Shown piece after piece: positions 39,284-53,738 of a stretch of 64,000 nt of DNA. Position 1 is the first letter of the stretch, and every line of letters begins with the position of its first letter. A program made the translations under genes and the position numbers. Origin of the DNA: Octopus sinensis (lineage: Eukaryota). The stretch is from contig NC_042997.1 in the NCBI RefSeq assembly GCF_006345805.1, positions 67,146,001-67,210,000 of the forward strand, read 5' to 3'. The notes under the pieces were generated by a model. It had not been told where the DNA came from. It ran no database searches and was given only the letters and a program-made list of their open reading frames with translations.

Positions 39284-41169
39284 GTAAGTTTTAATATGTA
39301 AAATATTTTCTCCAAATACATCATTTGATCTTATGTACTTCAAAAGGAAAATGTGTTCACTGTTTAATTCAACATAGTAATAACAAGTAAAAATGCTATA
39401 AGCTTTTATTAAATTCAAATAATTGCAAAAAAATTTGTTGACTATCTGTTTGTACATGGCCGCTCAACCTGTTAGAAATATCAATCAAATCTCTCATATA
39501 TTATTACACTGTCGTCTTAAAAGAAAGCAGGACACATCGAATAATGTAGTCTGAGGAACACTGTCTAAAAAACATAAAATAGGATGATTATGACTGCTTC
39601 TGCTTATAATTCTTATTCAATTAGAGCTGATGTGGTATTAAACAGTTGCAACAACAACCACAACAAATATGTCGATGGATCTGGGAAGATGATGTAATTT
39701 CCGAGCGAACTAAAACCATAATTCGCTTTCGCTTCCCGTTGAAGCCAGTTTATTTAATTTCTTATATTTACTTGTAAATTTGTAGTCGTGTACCTAATAA
39801 ATCAATATCTACTGACAGACATGTACTATCGTCTCTGACATGAAAAATAATGTGTCGATAGTGTTTCCTGAAAATTACTTAATTTTAAAGTTGTTCAGAA
39901 CGAATGACTCAGCTTTAACACTAGCTAAAGTCATAGACATTTTAGGCAAGTTGGTGTTAACTTATGTAAGGCACAAAACATAAAAAAGTAAACTAGAAAT
40001 AATGATGCAGCAAATAAAAAAAAATTGATATTAAGCCAAAGCCTAATATTATTTTAATTTTCTAAAATGTAGTGGGTGGTGGGGACGATTCAAAACAGTT
40101 TCGGTCTTATTTTGATCACTTTAGCGAAGTATAGACAACGTAGCCTCTTACTAGTTTAGTCTGATTGGACTTATGCAATGTGCATTTACAAATGCTGTAA
40201 CACCGTGCACTTTAGCACTTGATGGGTCTTCCCGAATGAAAAATGGAAAAGATTAGAGTAAATACAATCTAGGATTGTGCAATCATCTATCATTAGTTGT
40301 TAAGAATACAGCGAACTGCAGGAGCGTTAGCACCTCAGACAAAATGCTTATTGACGTTTCGTTCTTCTTTACGTTCTGAGCTCAAATTTCACCGAGGTCA
40401 ACATTACCTTTCATCCTTACTAGTACATGGGTCGATATAACTGACTGACCCCCTTCCCTCAAAATCTTCTGGCCCTGTGGCAACCATTATTTGTTGCTAA
40501 GTAACGGTCGATTCTTTTGGGCTTCCGTCGGTCAGTGTTGACTATGCATCTGCACATATATGTCCAAATCTGGGCTTGATGTTTTAAAGATGCTGAGAAA
40601 TTTCCCAATGCATGCATGTCTACCTTGTCCACGCCAACAATGTCTGTCCAAGGAAAAGAGTGCTGACATGTACCAATACAACCTAGCCCCATTGTCATCA
40701 CCGTCGTTGCTGCCAGAACGCAAAGAACCGGACAATAAAACGCAAGGTTCTTCGCTCGATCTTCTAACAGTTCCATGAACATATCGTCCTGCATTGACAT
40801 TTATTTATCGGCCCCAGTAAAAAATATTTGTTCCGACTCAATGCCTTCTGAGTTAAAATTCTTAAGTTAGTATTTGGGTTTAGAGGGTAAATATATATAT
40901 TTTTTAATACTGCGAGGCATTCCATCCACCTCTCTAACAACTCTGATCCGGCAAATATACAGCCAGTGTCAGTCCAGCCATGACTATCTCGTCTTTATAA
41001 GATCTAGTGCATCGAAGATTAAAATATCTCTTGCGTTCTTCCTTTTTTAAAATAATATAGAAGAGGTTCTTACAAAGTTTCAATTTTGTGGTATAAAGGA
41101 AATCAAGTGACAATTTACTAGGCACTTCATATAGAAACTAAAAGCAAATTGTTTTAAAGTTAAACAACT

Positions 41170-41375
41170 AGCACTCCTTGCTAGTATTCCAGTTGATCCG
41201 ATCAACGGAACAGCTTGCTGGGGAAATTAACCTGCAAATAGCTGAGCACTCCCCAGGCACCTCTATAACCCTTACTGTATACTGTTTGAGAATCACTGCA
41301 CTAGGGTATGATTTAAGAGAGGTTTAAGGTTGCTGTTTCTAGCAGGTAGAGCGATCATGTAGACGCTTTGAATGG
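41170..41375 (-). mobile_element. Dispersed SINE-like repeat, family D (related copies ~20895-21050 and ~39455-39660 on +)
   Basis: Shared acatg..cgctc.acctg.tagaaa....caaatctctc motif. Confidence 0.55.
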
Positions 41376-41841
41376 AAGCAAAAGCATAACAAAATGACTT
41401 AAGACATTTTGCCTGTCATTCTAGCAATAATATTATTGGTACAATATTACAAGGGGTGTAGTCGACAATATCGCACCAGTACTCGAGAAGTCCTTTATTT
41501 CATAAATCCCGGAACTATGTTTAAGAATGTCGACTCTGGCAGAAATTGAACTCAATGAATAACTTAATACTGAAAGATATTTAATCTAGCATTCTACTGA
41601 TTCTGCCATTCGTAATAATAATATATTTTACAAGAAAAAAGAAAAAAATGCATGTATGAACGATACTGTAGCTATCTATCGTCATTGATATAACAAATTC
41701 CATTATTTTTCTGAATCACGTCGTGAATGCAATATTTCTTCTCTTTTTTCATTTCTCTATTTCTCTCCCCCCCCCTCTCTCTCTCTGAGACTTTTTTTTA
41801 TTACTTCCAGCCAAAAATAAAATATTGTTTTCTGTTTTTAG

Positions 41842-41936
41842 CACTTACCTGAAATTGTAGCGTCTGTCTTCATCTGGGGTCATGTGGTCTCCATTATAGC
41901 TCTTACACTTTCGATGGCGATCTTCAGCTACTTCAG
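41842..41936 (+). CDS. Class B1 GPCR, TM1 exon
   Basis: ttctgtttttag acceptor, GTTAGT donor (41937); encodes HLPEIVASVFIWGHVVSIIALTLSMAIFSYFR (G.x.vS...L..s..IF.YFR TM1 pattern); phase 0 in, phase 2 out. Confidence 0.9.
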
Positions 41937-42289
41937 GTTAGTGGAGAAATTTGGTTATAAAACGTCTCTTTGAACAGCAGCAACAACAACTGTTCCTCCT
42001 CTTACTACTACTACTACCACTACTACTACTACTACGACGACGACGACGGCGACTACTACTACTACGACTACGACTACACTACTGCTATTATTACTACTCT
42101 ATTATTATTATTATTATTACTTTGTGCGCGTAAGCGAAAGCAGGGCATTGTAATCACTCATTTTTGTTTGTCTGTGTGTTTGCAAAATTACTGGAAAACA
42201 GCCGAACAGATTTTCACCACATTTGGTAGAAATACTCATTGGGCGAGTGACTAGAAACGATGAACATTTGGTTTGATTATCTTTTAAAA

Positions 42290-42496
42290 AAGCTTTTCTT
42301 TTTCATATGAATCGACCCTCGTCTGTGCGTATATATATCATAGTGTACCTATGCGAGTAGACACGTATGGGTACATACATACATACATACATACATACAC
42401 ACATACATACATGCATACGTATGCAACTCTGTGTGTGTGTGCGTACGTGCGTGTGTAAGTGCGTGCCTACGTGTGTGCATGTGTGTGCGTGCGTAC

Positions 42497-42531
<35 letters not shown>

Positions 42532-42970
42532 TGTGTGTGCGTGTGTGTGTGTGTGTGTGTGTACAATGATGAATTCGAGGGTTTCGTTTATTTACCGCTT
42601 GATTTCTTAATTTCACCGGAGTATAAATACCTGTAATGTTGTTACTTAAAAAAAAAAATGTAAGTCGAACTCACAAATTTTGCGATAAGCAAGAGGTCAT
42701 ATTATTTTGTTTACTTTCTTTTTCATATGAATCTGTCTTCCTCTTCGTGTGTATTGCTCATGGTGTACCTATGTGCGTAGACACATACAGGTACACACTT
42801 ATATACATAAATAGATACATAGATATGCGACTTTGTGTGTGTATGTACATGCGTCTGTGTGTGTGCGCGTACACTGATAGATTCGAGGGTTTCGTTTATT
42901 TACGATTTAATTTCTAAATTTCACCGGAGTATAAATACTTATAATGGTGATACTTAAAAAGAACAGTCAG
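42290..42970. repeat. Diverged tandem duplication with internal microsatellites (units begin ~42293 and ~42716)
   Basis: Shared tttttcatatgaatc, gtgtacctatg.g.gtagacac, ttcgagggtttcgtttatttac, atttcaccggagtataaatac. Confidence 0.8.
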
Positions 42971-43077
42971 CCCGATTAAAAGGCATGGGTAAGCAATGCA
43001 TTGCAAGCCACACTATAATTTGCGGAAAAATTTCTCTGCGCGCAGAGTATGCATCACCCCTCAGATGCCTTTTTGCT

Positions 43078-43195
<118 letters not shown>

Positions 43196-43218
43196 TATTA
43201 TCATTATTATCATTATTA

Positions 43219-43289
<71 letters not shown>

Positions 43290-43845
43290 GAGTGAGAGAG
43301 CAGTTCATGCCATCAAGGCGACACTGGGGTAAAATATACGAAGCCCAATATACCCATCATGACTACCCGTCTGATAAAGGTACACCAGGCACATGCATCA
43401 CAACCATATGTGCGCGACATGGTGATCTCATATCAAGATAAACAGCACATGACCTTGCAGGTGGGGCCCAGTTAGAATTTTCTTCAGGTTGAGTAGCCCA
43501 TCCCGCTCAAACGGTCTCTGAATAAGGGTTGTTTAAGGATGTTGAAAGAACCACCCATGTTTCCAGAGGCGAACTATTCAAACCCCAAAGAATCCCTCTC
43601 AACACATGGCTATGATGCTCCCCCACTACTTCTGCTTGTGATCAGAGATGCACATATCGTCAGCCACTAAGGGACATGCTCAACTGGTTAAGGTCAAACA
43701 ACTGACAAGCAAATCTGTGGTATTGAGCAGAATATTTGCTGTAGCCCATCTTTTATACCAAGACAAAACAATGTACATGATAACACTTCCAATCAGTTAA
43801 GATCAGAAGCCATGAGAGCCACTGCCTGGTACTGCATCAGGGCAT
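43290..43845 (-). mobile_element. Full-length ~556-bp (AAT)n-embedded non-coding element
   Basis: Complete copy bounded on both sides by long (ATT)/(ATC) arrays; no ORF and no clear A/B box. Confidence 0.88.
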
Positions 43846-43986
43846 TTATTATTATTATTATTATTATTATTATATTATTATATTATTATTATTATTATTA
43901 TTGTTATTGTTATTGTTATTGTTATCGTTATCGTTATCGTTATCGTTATCGTTATCGTCATCGTCATCATCATCATCATCATCATT

Positions 43987-44018
<32 letters not shown>

Positions 44019-44035
44019 TATTATTATTATTATTA

Positions 44036-44067
<32 letters not shown>

Positions 44068-44109
44068 GCTGTTGTTTTTGTTGTTGCTGTTGTTGTTATT
44101 ATTATTGTT

Positions 44110-47100
44110 AATGGCCGTCAGTTTGACAATCCACACTTCACTTCGCACCGTAAATTCTATAAGATCACAGATAGCTGTTGTGCCCAATTTTGGAATTTGC
44201 ACTATCGTGGAAACAAGTTGTTTTCTACAGATAGGTGCGTCTCCTTTCGTGTGCTGCACCCATTTTAGGGGAACATCTCGATTTAATTTTGTGCTTTGTG
44301 AAATTTTTCGATTTCTCTTGTAAGTGAGAAAGGGAGAGAGGGGGAGGAGCGTCAGCCAGACTTAGTGAAAGAGGGAGTGAGTGCGATGTGCTATGTCATC
44401 TCCTTAGAAACAGCAGACGATAAGCTTGTTTTTCACATGAGTGATGTTAAAATTGTTCACAAAGCGGAACAGAGAACTCTCGAAAACCAATTCTGTCAAC
44501 AACAACTGCAGCAACAAAAATGACACCCACTTTGAAGTGGCAGCCAACAACAACACCAACGATAAAAACGTAAACAAACAAAAGTCATTCGTACCTGATT
44601 TAACAAACAACTATATCAACACAGAAGACTATGTTCGACAACAATATGGGCAACAACAACAACAATAACAACAACTATAACAACAACAATAATAACAATA
44701 ACAAAAGTTGCAACGATTTGAAAAGAGACTAACAAGCCAGTGCAACGGCAATTACAAACACTAGTCGTTCTTTCGCTAGTGTCACTCTTTTTAAAGAGTA
44801 AACTTCCCTCCCGACGAAGAAATTAATAAAAAAAAAAGGCCAGACACTTTGTCAAGCGAGATGGACAAACTGTCAAACTCAGTGCCCCAGTTAACACCAT
44901 CCAAAATATAGTACATCTGACAGTGGAGCTCCGTACGATTGGACTAAAATCGAGAAAGGTGGAAAGAACCACCGAGACTAAATCCAAAAGGCATTAGGTT
45001 CCGTTTGAAACTTAAAAGAATATATACAAAGAGGAAGGGGTTATGGAACAGTTGAAACAGAGGAGGAAACAAAATGCCACTCTCTAAAACCCCTGGAAAG
45101 TGGAGATCTCATGTTAGTTCCTTACTACTGCAGCAGGACACTAGCCAGAATCCACGCCCAGCAGATGCCGCCAGAAATAACCTTTCTTTGGCTAATTGTT
45201 ACAGTTATGATAGACATCGAACAAAAAACACCAAAAAATCTTCGAAATCTACCAGGCCAAAAATGAGAACTGCTCAAGAATGGGAATAGAACTCCTCGTC
45301 CAAACCTGTAAAAGAAAAAGATGTGGATGCTATCCCAGATCAGACGCATCTCTCAGATCACACACCCCAGGTGGCGTCATCACATCTCTTAGGTAGCATC
45401 ATCATCTCCGTTAGAGTGGGTGGAAGAAATGCTAAGTTTGATAACTACCTTTCGACTACACACCTAAGAGCTTTCTGCCCAACAGAAAGCGAAGGTACCC
45501 TCTCTTCTTCCAGTATCAAGGTATCCACCAATATCAGCCACCGATGCCCAAAAGGCAACAACATCATCAATAACCCGAGCTATAACATCAACAGACAATC
45601 CAGCGACAACAACCTCTGCAATACCAATTCCCACCATAGCAACAACGGACTTCCTCAGTCACTTCTCAACTCCAATACATGACATGCCACTTTTCGATTC
45701 TGAACGGTCAGACATGACATACAGTGAGTCTGATCAAGAAAAGGAGTGGAAAACAAAAGCGAACAGAAAGAAAAAAAGACAAAAGAAAAACAAATCAACA
45801 AAAAACAACGAACAAAACATCATCCACACAAGAAGGAATGAGGAAAAACCAAAGGCCGCAAGAAAAAACATAGAAAACAAACGCTACATCACTAACACTG
45901 CCACAAAAACATCAAACACCACCACACCTACCAACACGACAGTCGCAACCCAGTCTACTTGCACATCTGCAACAACAACAGAAGCAAACACAAAAAAGCT
46001 AGCATTACAAACTATATGGCGATAAACATAAAAAACTCAGACTTTATGAATTACATAAAAACACAAACATCACACAAACAGATTTCATGATACGCACAAT
46101 TCTCATACGTACACAAATGCAAATCATTCGAACAACATAAGGCACATACACATGCCTAAAGACTAAATTCCCGAAGGAAATCGGTGACTTTCGAGGTAAC
46201 GTCACCAAACGAATATTTGGTGATTTGTCCCTGGAACACCCCAATCAAAACCGCCCCATCACACAAAACCAAGTAAATTCTCCTTCTGACATTTATTCTT
46301 ATCCCATCTTAGATGCACGCTGGGACAATGTAGGGTTAGCAAGACAAAGTCAAAAGGTGCAAATGCAGTACAAATCGGCTCAAACGATTCCAGCTGTCTG
46401 ACAGATATCTACTACACTTTCCGGTCCGCCAAGGTTGTCCCCTTTCGTTCTTGTATGTACTGACACTTGAGCCACAACAGCACAAGCTGGAGACGCTGAG
46501 GGGGCATCCCGCGTTAACTACGATGCAGGAGGTCATATGCCGACGACGTCACCGTAGTGCTATCGAAAACCAAACACATTGAGATAATCGGCACCGCTCT
46601 TAGGGAGTACAAAGTGCTATCATGAACGAAAATTAATCGAGAAAAATCAATGGGCTTGCAGCTCGGCACCTGGATAAGCACGCCCATGCCGTCCGACTGC
46701 GTTACTGGGCGCTGGTCGGACGGACCAGTTAAATTGTCTGGGATGTGGTTCGGTCAGAACCTCCAGAGGGACAAAAACAGGGACGGGGTGAAAAACAAGG
46801 CTGCTACTCTCACCCAGAAATGGGCTGAGGGGAGGCTTTCCCTGAAAGGTTGGTCAGAGATGGCTAACGCGTACATCACGTTCCTGTCATCCACTATCAC
46901 CTGACTGTTGTGTCTTGTCCCGGTCCCTGTTTAGAGCATATACACTTTTGCTTTTCGTGGAATGGATGCGCTCCCATGGCCAGGCGATCAAACTGCTGTC
47001 AACACCCACTGCGTGGTGGACTGGACATGCCATATCTAATATTGCGCAAACGTGCACTGAGGTAACATCTCCAGCGCTTCTTTGACGGTGAACAGGTGTG

Positions 47101-47110
47101 GAAACACTTG
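44110..47110 (+). mobile_element. Decayed L1/Tx1-like LINE (ORF1 remnants, APE, RT)
   Basis: ILDARWD (APE), YADDVTVV, KINREKSMGLQLGTW, DGPVKL.G.WFG.NLQ, RLSLKG; large internal deletions; the 5' boundary is uncertain. Confidence 0.7.
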
Positions 47111-47214
47111 CTCATTCTAAGGTTGACCCTCCAATTCGTGGCCACAGCTCAGTTTTGCGCCTCCAGTCTCTTTTATTATTATTGTTGTTGTTGTTATTAT
47201 TATTATTAATATTA

Positions 47215-47366
47215 TTATTTTGGTTTGGCTTAAGTTCGGTCTTATTCCTGATAAGATTTATGTGGGCAACAGGTTACTACCTGTAACCTTAGGTATCCAC
47301 AAGTTCTCAGCTGTCTTTCAAGTGCTTAGAACCCTCCTGATAATCCTTGCTGTCCCTAAGAGACAC

Positions 47367-47368
<2 letters not shown>
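47215..47368 (-). mobile_element. Dong/R4-like extreme 3' fragment
   Basis: CLLGTARIIRRVLST* plus 3' UTR, between (ATT)n arrays. Confidence 0.7.
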
Positions 47369-47404
<36 letters not shown>

Positions 47405-49737
47405 GCATGTTTGACTTTTGCTTTATATTTGTACAAGTTGGCTCCAAGTCTCACCCAGAGACCTCAAGAGGCAACAGGTTGGAAGTTCGTATTGTTGTTA
47501 TGCCTAGTGTGCCATATATTTGGTTTTGTATTTAGTGTTGTACTAGTGAATGCCTAAAAAAAAAACGAAAGTCATGTTTCTTTTAAAACTTGAGGTTACA
47601 TAGAAAGTATTTTGCGAAGTCATATGAGCAGTTCCCATGAGCACTATCTTTTGAATTTCTGCCATTTTGGGGTTTCCTGGCATCTGAGTTAGGTAGCGAT
47701 CAGCCCCTTTTGCTATCATTCCCTGAGCACCTATGACAACAGGTATTGTTTTAGTCTTCAGGTTCCACATTTTGCTGATTTCTATTTCAAGATCTTTATA
47801 TTTGCTCAGTTTTTGGTAGGTCTTGACAGATACGTTTATATCGATTGGGACAGTCATATCAATGAGGAGGCATGTTCTTTGTTTGAAGTTTTTCAATATG
47901 ATGTCTGGACTATTTGCATTTATCTTTCTGTCAGTTTGAATGGGGAAGTTCCAGAGGAGTGAGATGTGGTCATTTTCAAGCACTGGAGGTGGTTTGTGTT
48001 CCCACTAGTTTTTTTCATGGGGCAAATCCAGGTTTTTGCAGATTACCCAGTGAATATATTGTGCAGCTCTATCATGCCTGTTGAGATACTCTGTAGGCGC
48101 TAGAAGAATGCACTTGGAGACAACATGATCAATGGTTTCATTTTGTTGTTGACATACACGACATGTTGGGCTACTGCCGTTCTTTAATATGTTGGCCTGG
48201 TAGTTCCTTGTTGGTAGCCATTGATCTTGGGATGCTATGATAAACCCTTCTGTTTCAGATTTTAAGCCAGAGGCCATTAGCCATTGATGTGTCATGGCTT
48301 TGTCAACATCTGCATTATTCGCTCTCTTTGGGTATTTGCCATTGAGAGGTTTTTCTTGCCATTTATCATTCAGTATATCCAAGGCAGCAGTTTTAGCACG
48401 GGTTTTCATGCGTTTAGCTTTTTCTGTGCTTGTTTCTTGTATGTCTAATTCCGAAATTTGTTGTATTCGGAATTCACTTAGATATTCCTTTGCCTGTTTT
48501 GTTACTGAGTATGATGCTTTCTTGTTTTCATGTTTTGAGATAAGTTTTAACATCCAGTCCTCAGAGTTTTTCAGGTAGGTGTCTAGGCCAATTGTAGCAA
48601 TCTTCATTGTTATTGCCTGTTGTAGAAGTCCACGGCCTCCCTCTTTTCTTGGCAGATAAAGTCGTTCTATATATGCCTTAGGGTAGTGCATTCTATGCAT
48701 TGTCAACAGTTTTCGTATTTTTCTGTCAAGATTACATATTTCAGTAATTGACCAGTTAACGATATTGAAACTGTAAGTCACGACTGATATGGCTAAAGCA
48801 TTGATCGCTTCGATCCTGTTTCTCGCATTTAGCTCTGTCTTGAGTATTGGTCTTACTCTGCGATAACATTCTCTCCTGATCCTTTCCTTCATCACTGAAT
48901 GCCTTATTCCGTCCCTTTCAATTACCCCTAGGTACTTGTAGCTCTCCGCTGGGTCTAATTCTTTTATGACATTCTGCTGGTCACGGTTAACGTTAGATGT
49001 TTCTGTCATTTTTCCTTTGATAAAGGTAGCTTTTGCACATTTATCGAGGCCAAATTGCATTCTGATGTCATCGCTGAATTGTTTAACAATCGTTTGTAAG
49101 CCCTTGAGTTGATGGTCATTTTTTGCAAAGAGCTTTAAATCATCTATGTAAATGAGATGATTTATATTTTTATCAAACATTTTATATCCGTACTGCGCGT
49201 CATTGAGCAATTTTGAGAGAGGTATTAAGGCTAAACAAAAGAGGAGTGGTGATAGTGAGTCACCCTGGAAAATGCCACATGAAATTTTTGCATCACCTGC
49301 ATTTAGCGATTCATTGTCACTGTTCAAAGTTAGTGTGATTCTCCATGATCATACTTACAGACAAAAAGTTTTGCAGTGTAGGTGCTATTTTACACATTTC
49401 CAGGCATTTCTTAATCCAGCTATGTGGTAGGCTATCAAAAGCCTTTTTATAGTCTATCCAGGCTATCGACAAGTTTTTGTATCGTTTGTGACAATCTTCT
49501 TAGATCATCTTATTGATGAGTAGTTGATCTTTACAACCATAGGATCCACGTTTACATCCTTTCTGTTCATTCGGGAATATGCTGCTGTCTGTTAAAAAAC
49601 TATAGGTATATTCCGTCAGGACAGATGTCAGCGTTTTATACATAGTTGTTAAGCAGGTTATAGGTCTATAGTTTTTTGGTTAATTTGTTTCTTCACTTTT
49701 TGAGAGCAGGATTGTTAACCCATTAACTAGCCAAGGA
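47405..49737 (-). mobile_element. Best-preserved Dong/R4-like LINE (5'-truncated): RT, CCHC finger, RLE
   Basis: NYRPITCL, IDYKKAFDSLPH, GIFQGDSLSPLLF, YIDDLKLF, YKYLG, CRVCQQQNETIDHVVSKC, RHD, LLWNFPIQTDRKI..PDI, KYKDL; ORFs 48005-49327 and 47543-47983 with a few stops. Confidence 0.92.
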
Positions 49738-49750
49738 GGCTATTATTATT

Positions 49751-50257
49751 TTTTTTTCTTCTTCTTTCAAATTTGCTTCCATTTCTTGCCGAGCGTCTTC
49801 CCGACTCCTAGGGCAAAGAAACTCATAGTATACATTGGTAGGCCATTAAACCAAACTCAATAGTTCGTTCATTTTTTTTTTCTTTTTTAAGGTTAAATTA
49901 AAATACATGGGCAGTAACAGCTCTCACAGCGACAATGCTCTTCTCAATACGTTTGATGTACCAGTTAGGACAATCTTTTGCACTTCTTGCAGGGATGGTA
50001 AGCCAGGGATCATTCTCATATAATTTTCGGTTCCCTTCTTGATCATTCCTAGTGCTCCTACGATCACTGGTATTGTAACCGCCTTGAGATGCCACATTTT
50101 CTCAATTTCAATGAGCAGGTCTTTATATTTTCTGAGCTTGTCAAACTCTTTCGCCGAGATATTATGATCACAGGGGATGCTCATGTCGATCAATAAGCAA
50201 ACTTTATTGTTTTTGTCTTTCACAACAATATCTGGTTTATTGACTTTGATGGTTCGT
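49751..50257 (-). mobile_element. Dong/R4-like 3' fragment (RLE)
   Basis: KPDIVV, LLIDMSIPCD, KYKDLLIEIEKMW, PVIVGALG, VQKIVLTGTSNVLRRALSL*. Confidence 0.85.
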
Positions 50258-50296
50258 TATTATTATTATTATTATCATTATTATTATTATTATTAA

Positions 50297-50378
<82 letters not shown>

Positions 50379-50380
<2 letters not shown>

Positions 50381-51845
50381 ACGTACTTGAGGGAACAGCT
50401 ATTTGTAGCAGTAGTGATTAAAAAATCTAGATGCCACATTTGTGGCGAAACAAACCATTGAAAGGTTTTCTGATACCTGCAATGGAAAGAAAAGAAAACC
50501 ACTTCTGCAGACACTTCTAGCACAACAAAAACAGCAACAAAGTATAACCACCATACCAACAGCAATAGCATCAATGCCAAAAGCAGCAGCATCCAAAACC
50601 AAAACAAAAATAACACCAACAGAAAAAGCAGCAGAAGAGATCCATTCACCGACATCAACAGAAAGCACAGCGTACCACACCCGCCAAAAACAATAACAAA
50701 ACCTCACCCACACCAGTTGACCTAACCACCAGCTTAGAAATGCGCGACTGTGCAGACATGCCTCTCCCAACTGCCACAGATTTCCTCCATTGTGCTAACT
50801 CGTCTAACGAAGCTGGAAGCCCACCAGAATGAATCTTGGTGAAAGGAAAAAGGAAAGAAATAGAAAATAAAGCACGGTACAAGGTTTAAAACAGAGATTA
50901 GCGGAGAAGGCACAAAAACCAACAAACCATCACACACTCACACACGCTTCACCTACAACAAACATCTCCAACACAACAAACATCAACATTACAAACACCT
51001 CAACAAACGGAAACACACCAATCCTGACGAACTTGAACAGTACTTCCAAGGCATCACTAATTACACGGCCATAGACACAAACAACAAGAACTTAATAAAA
51101 CGTTTTCCAAAATACACAGATATTACTCTAAATGAATACATCACAATCCCGCATAACACCCCTGTTCACATAAAAAATTACAAAAACAACACAACAAACT
51201 TACAAGAAACTGAAAAAATTCTAAAGGAATGGGAGATTTCTGTTGGACCGTAAGCAATGCATGTAGAGATACCCACAAAGAACCAAAACAGAACATCTGT
51301 CTCTCCACAGAACGTCTGTCCATCTGACAAACTCAACCTTTCTCAGAATAGGCGGTATAAATGCACGTGACCTGGGGTTGCCTTGGAAACAGGGTCAACT
51401 ACTCCATGACCTCAGGTCACTGAGTTTAGATATAGTGGCTATCAGTGAAACCAGACTCTCCGACCGACGAACTTTCATGCTCATTTTTGGTGGATAAGAG
51501 TTTTACTTATCTCTATGTCAACTGGGGATGGTGGGGGTCGAATTAAGGTGTTGTTGCGGAGATGTCTATTTCTCAAGATAAGGACTATTTTCCTGGACCT
51601 AGAAGGACCTAGAAGTTCGTGGTCTTGGATGTGAACAGTAATGAAAGAGGTGCCTTCAGACTGATAGCTGTTTATGTTCCGACATAGACAGGACAGACAA
51701 ATTTCTTCAGACTATGCATGCGCCTATAAGTTGAAGTAGGACGATATGGAGAGGGCACTTGCCCTAGTAGCCAGGGTAACCGTGGTTTTGTGGGGTCTCC
51801 ATGAGCAATCCTAGGAAGTCTTCCTTCTTTGGGGAATCATTTATT
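50379..51845 (+). mobile_element. Internally deleted L1/Tx1-like element (ORF1 knuckle, APE N-half, 3' end)
   Basis: CHICGETNH zinc knuckle; GINARDLGLPWKQ...DIVAISETRL; AFRLIAVY; homologous to 62820-63770. Confidence 0.75.
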
Positions 51846-51857
51846 CTTATAACTTTA

Positions 51858-51920
<63 letters not shown>

Positions 51921-52215
51921 AGACTACCTTAGAATGAGATTTATACAAATTGATTCTCTTTTTTTTATTTCTGAATATCTGTTAGTCATGAACATTTGTA
52001 TGTCATTATACATTTATATAATGAAAAATTTGTACGCTACAACATTTTTTGTGATGCTTCGAAAATCTTAATGTATCTCTCAACTGCGAAATATGGTGGG
52101 CGATGATGAAGGAAACAACAATGACAATAATAATTAATATTTCCTTTCAACAACTCGCATGCCAGTAGGCTTAGTTAGGACAGTCACCCCATCACCAAAA
52201 GCATGGGTAAAAACC

Positions 52216-52308
<93 letters not shown>

Positions 52309-52825
52309 AACTGTATCGATTGATTCTCGTTGTGAAGCGTTGCTTTAAACTGCTGGTTCCATTCTTAAGAATATGCATTTTCCGTCTTCCTCTTGCTGTC
52401 TTTCACCATTTATCGATCGTCAGTAGATTTCTACCTTGAGAAATCAATAGGGAATTACTTTGCTAGCAAGATAAATTGCAGCTATACTATTAGAAATGTG
52501 TGATTGGATTGATGTGGAACGATTTAACAGTGCTCTGTGTCAACAATCCGTAATGATTAACAGACTAATTTACGGCGCTTATATAAACATATTAAGTTTA
52601 GAGACTCACTAAACTTGTTTCTAGTTCGTTTGTGTTCTATAGAGTGTTGACCTTATTGTAACATATTATAATGAAATCAATCGCTATTAAACAATCTCCT
52701 CTTCAAACACTGTGTGACATCTAATAAACAATTCAATAAATTTATAAAATGATGTACTTAGATTTTCGTCGTTTAGCTGCAGGTTAGCATGGATTATCTT
52801 ATAATTTATATTTTACCGTTTATTT

Positions 52826-53025
52826 GTTTCAGTCCTCGGAGTGCGGTCATGCTACAGCACTTCCTTGTAGGTGTGCCAGGATGGGTCAAACGAATCGGCC
52901 CCAGTACTTACTTTGAAGTCTATCGCTCTCTTTCAATAAACTGCTAAGTTACGTGGTTGTAAACCAACCGATACAGGTTGTCAAGCAGCAGTAGAGGACA
53001 AACGAAAGTGCAAAGACACATTCGC
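52826..53025 (-). mobile_element. SINE family B, 3' half
   Basis: cagtcctcggagtgcggtcatgct, ccccagtactta, ggttgtcaagc match the reverse complement of the family tail. Confidence 0.6.
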
Positions 53026-53097
53026 ACAAATATACACATGCGCACACACACGTATTCATACATATATAATACATGCATACGTACATACGTATGTATA

Positions 53098-53189
<92 letters not shown>

Positions 53190-53222
53190 TGTGTGTGTGT
53201 GTATACATACATACATATGTAT

Positions 53223-53384
53223 AGGTGCAGGATTAGCTGTGTGGCAAGAAGCTTGCTTACGAACCACATAGTTCTGGGTTCAGTCCCACTGCGTGGCACC
53301 TTGGGCAAGTATATTCTACTATAACCTCGGACCGACCAAAACCTTGTCAGTGGATTTGGTAGATGGAAACTGAAAGAGCCGTCG

Positions 53385-53426
<42 letters not shown>

Positions 53427-53447
53427 CGTGCGTGTGTGTGTGTGTGT

Positions 53448-53482
<35 letters not shown>

Positions 53483-53656
53483 TTGTGTCTCTGTGTTTGT
53501 CCCCCACCATCGCTTGATAATATTGGTGTGTTTACGTTCCCATAACATCAGCAAAAGGGATCGATAGTAGACTTACAAAGAAAAAGTCGATTTGTTCGAT
53601 TAAAGGCGAAGCTCCAGCATGGCCACCGTCAAATGACTGAAAAAAGCAAAAAAGAA
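53223..53656 (+). mobile_element. SINE family B (octopus OR-like), full length: tRNA head, core, internal (GT)n, tail
   Basis: Head gctgtgtggcaagaagcttgc, B-box-like ggttcagtccc, core gtggcaccttgggcaagt, tail ctccagcatggccaccgtcaaatgactga. Confidence 0.85.
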
Positions 53657-53670
53657 TTTTAAATAATAGA

Positions 53671-53735
<65 letters not shown>

Positions 53736-53738
<3 letters not shown>

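Noticed and set aside
40459-40800. 113-aa minus-strand ORF with faint APE-like words (NGARL, WT, RID)
   Set aside because: Motifs fall in different frames and are too weak to call; at most a LINE relic.
38459-41610. Oppositely oriented SINE copies around the 39186-39283 exon as circRNA or editing drivers
   Set aside because: The copies are short and heavily diverged, so stable pairing is doubtful and such pairs are expected by chance at this SINE density.
42721-42750. HMNL motif resembling class B TM2
   Set aside because: Part of a diverged tandem duplication with no acceptor or surrounding similarity.
52530-52610. ALCQQSVMINRL after a TAACAG, as the TM2 exon
   Set aside because: Poor polypyrimidine tract, lacks the conserved R..xH.NL motif, and runs into a stop.
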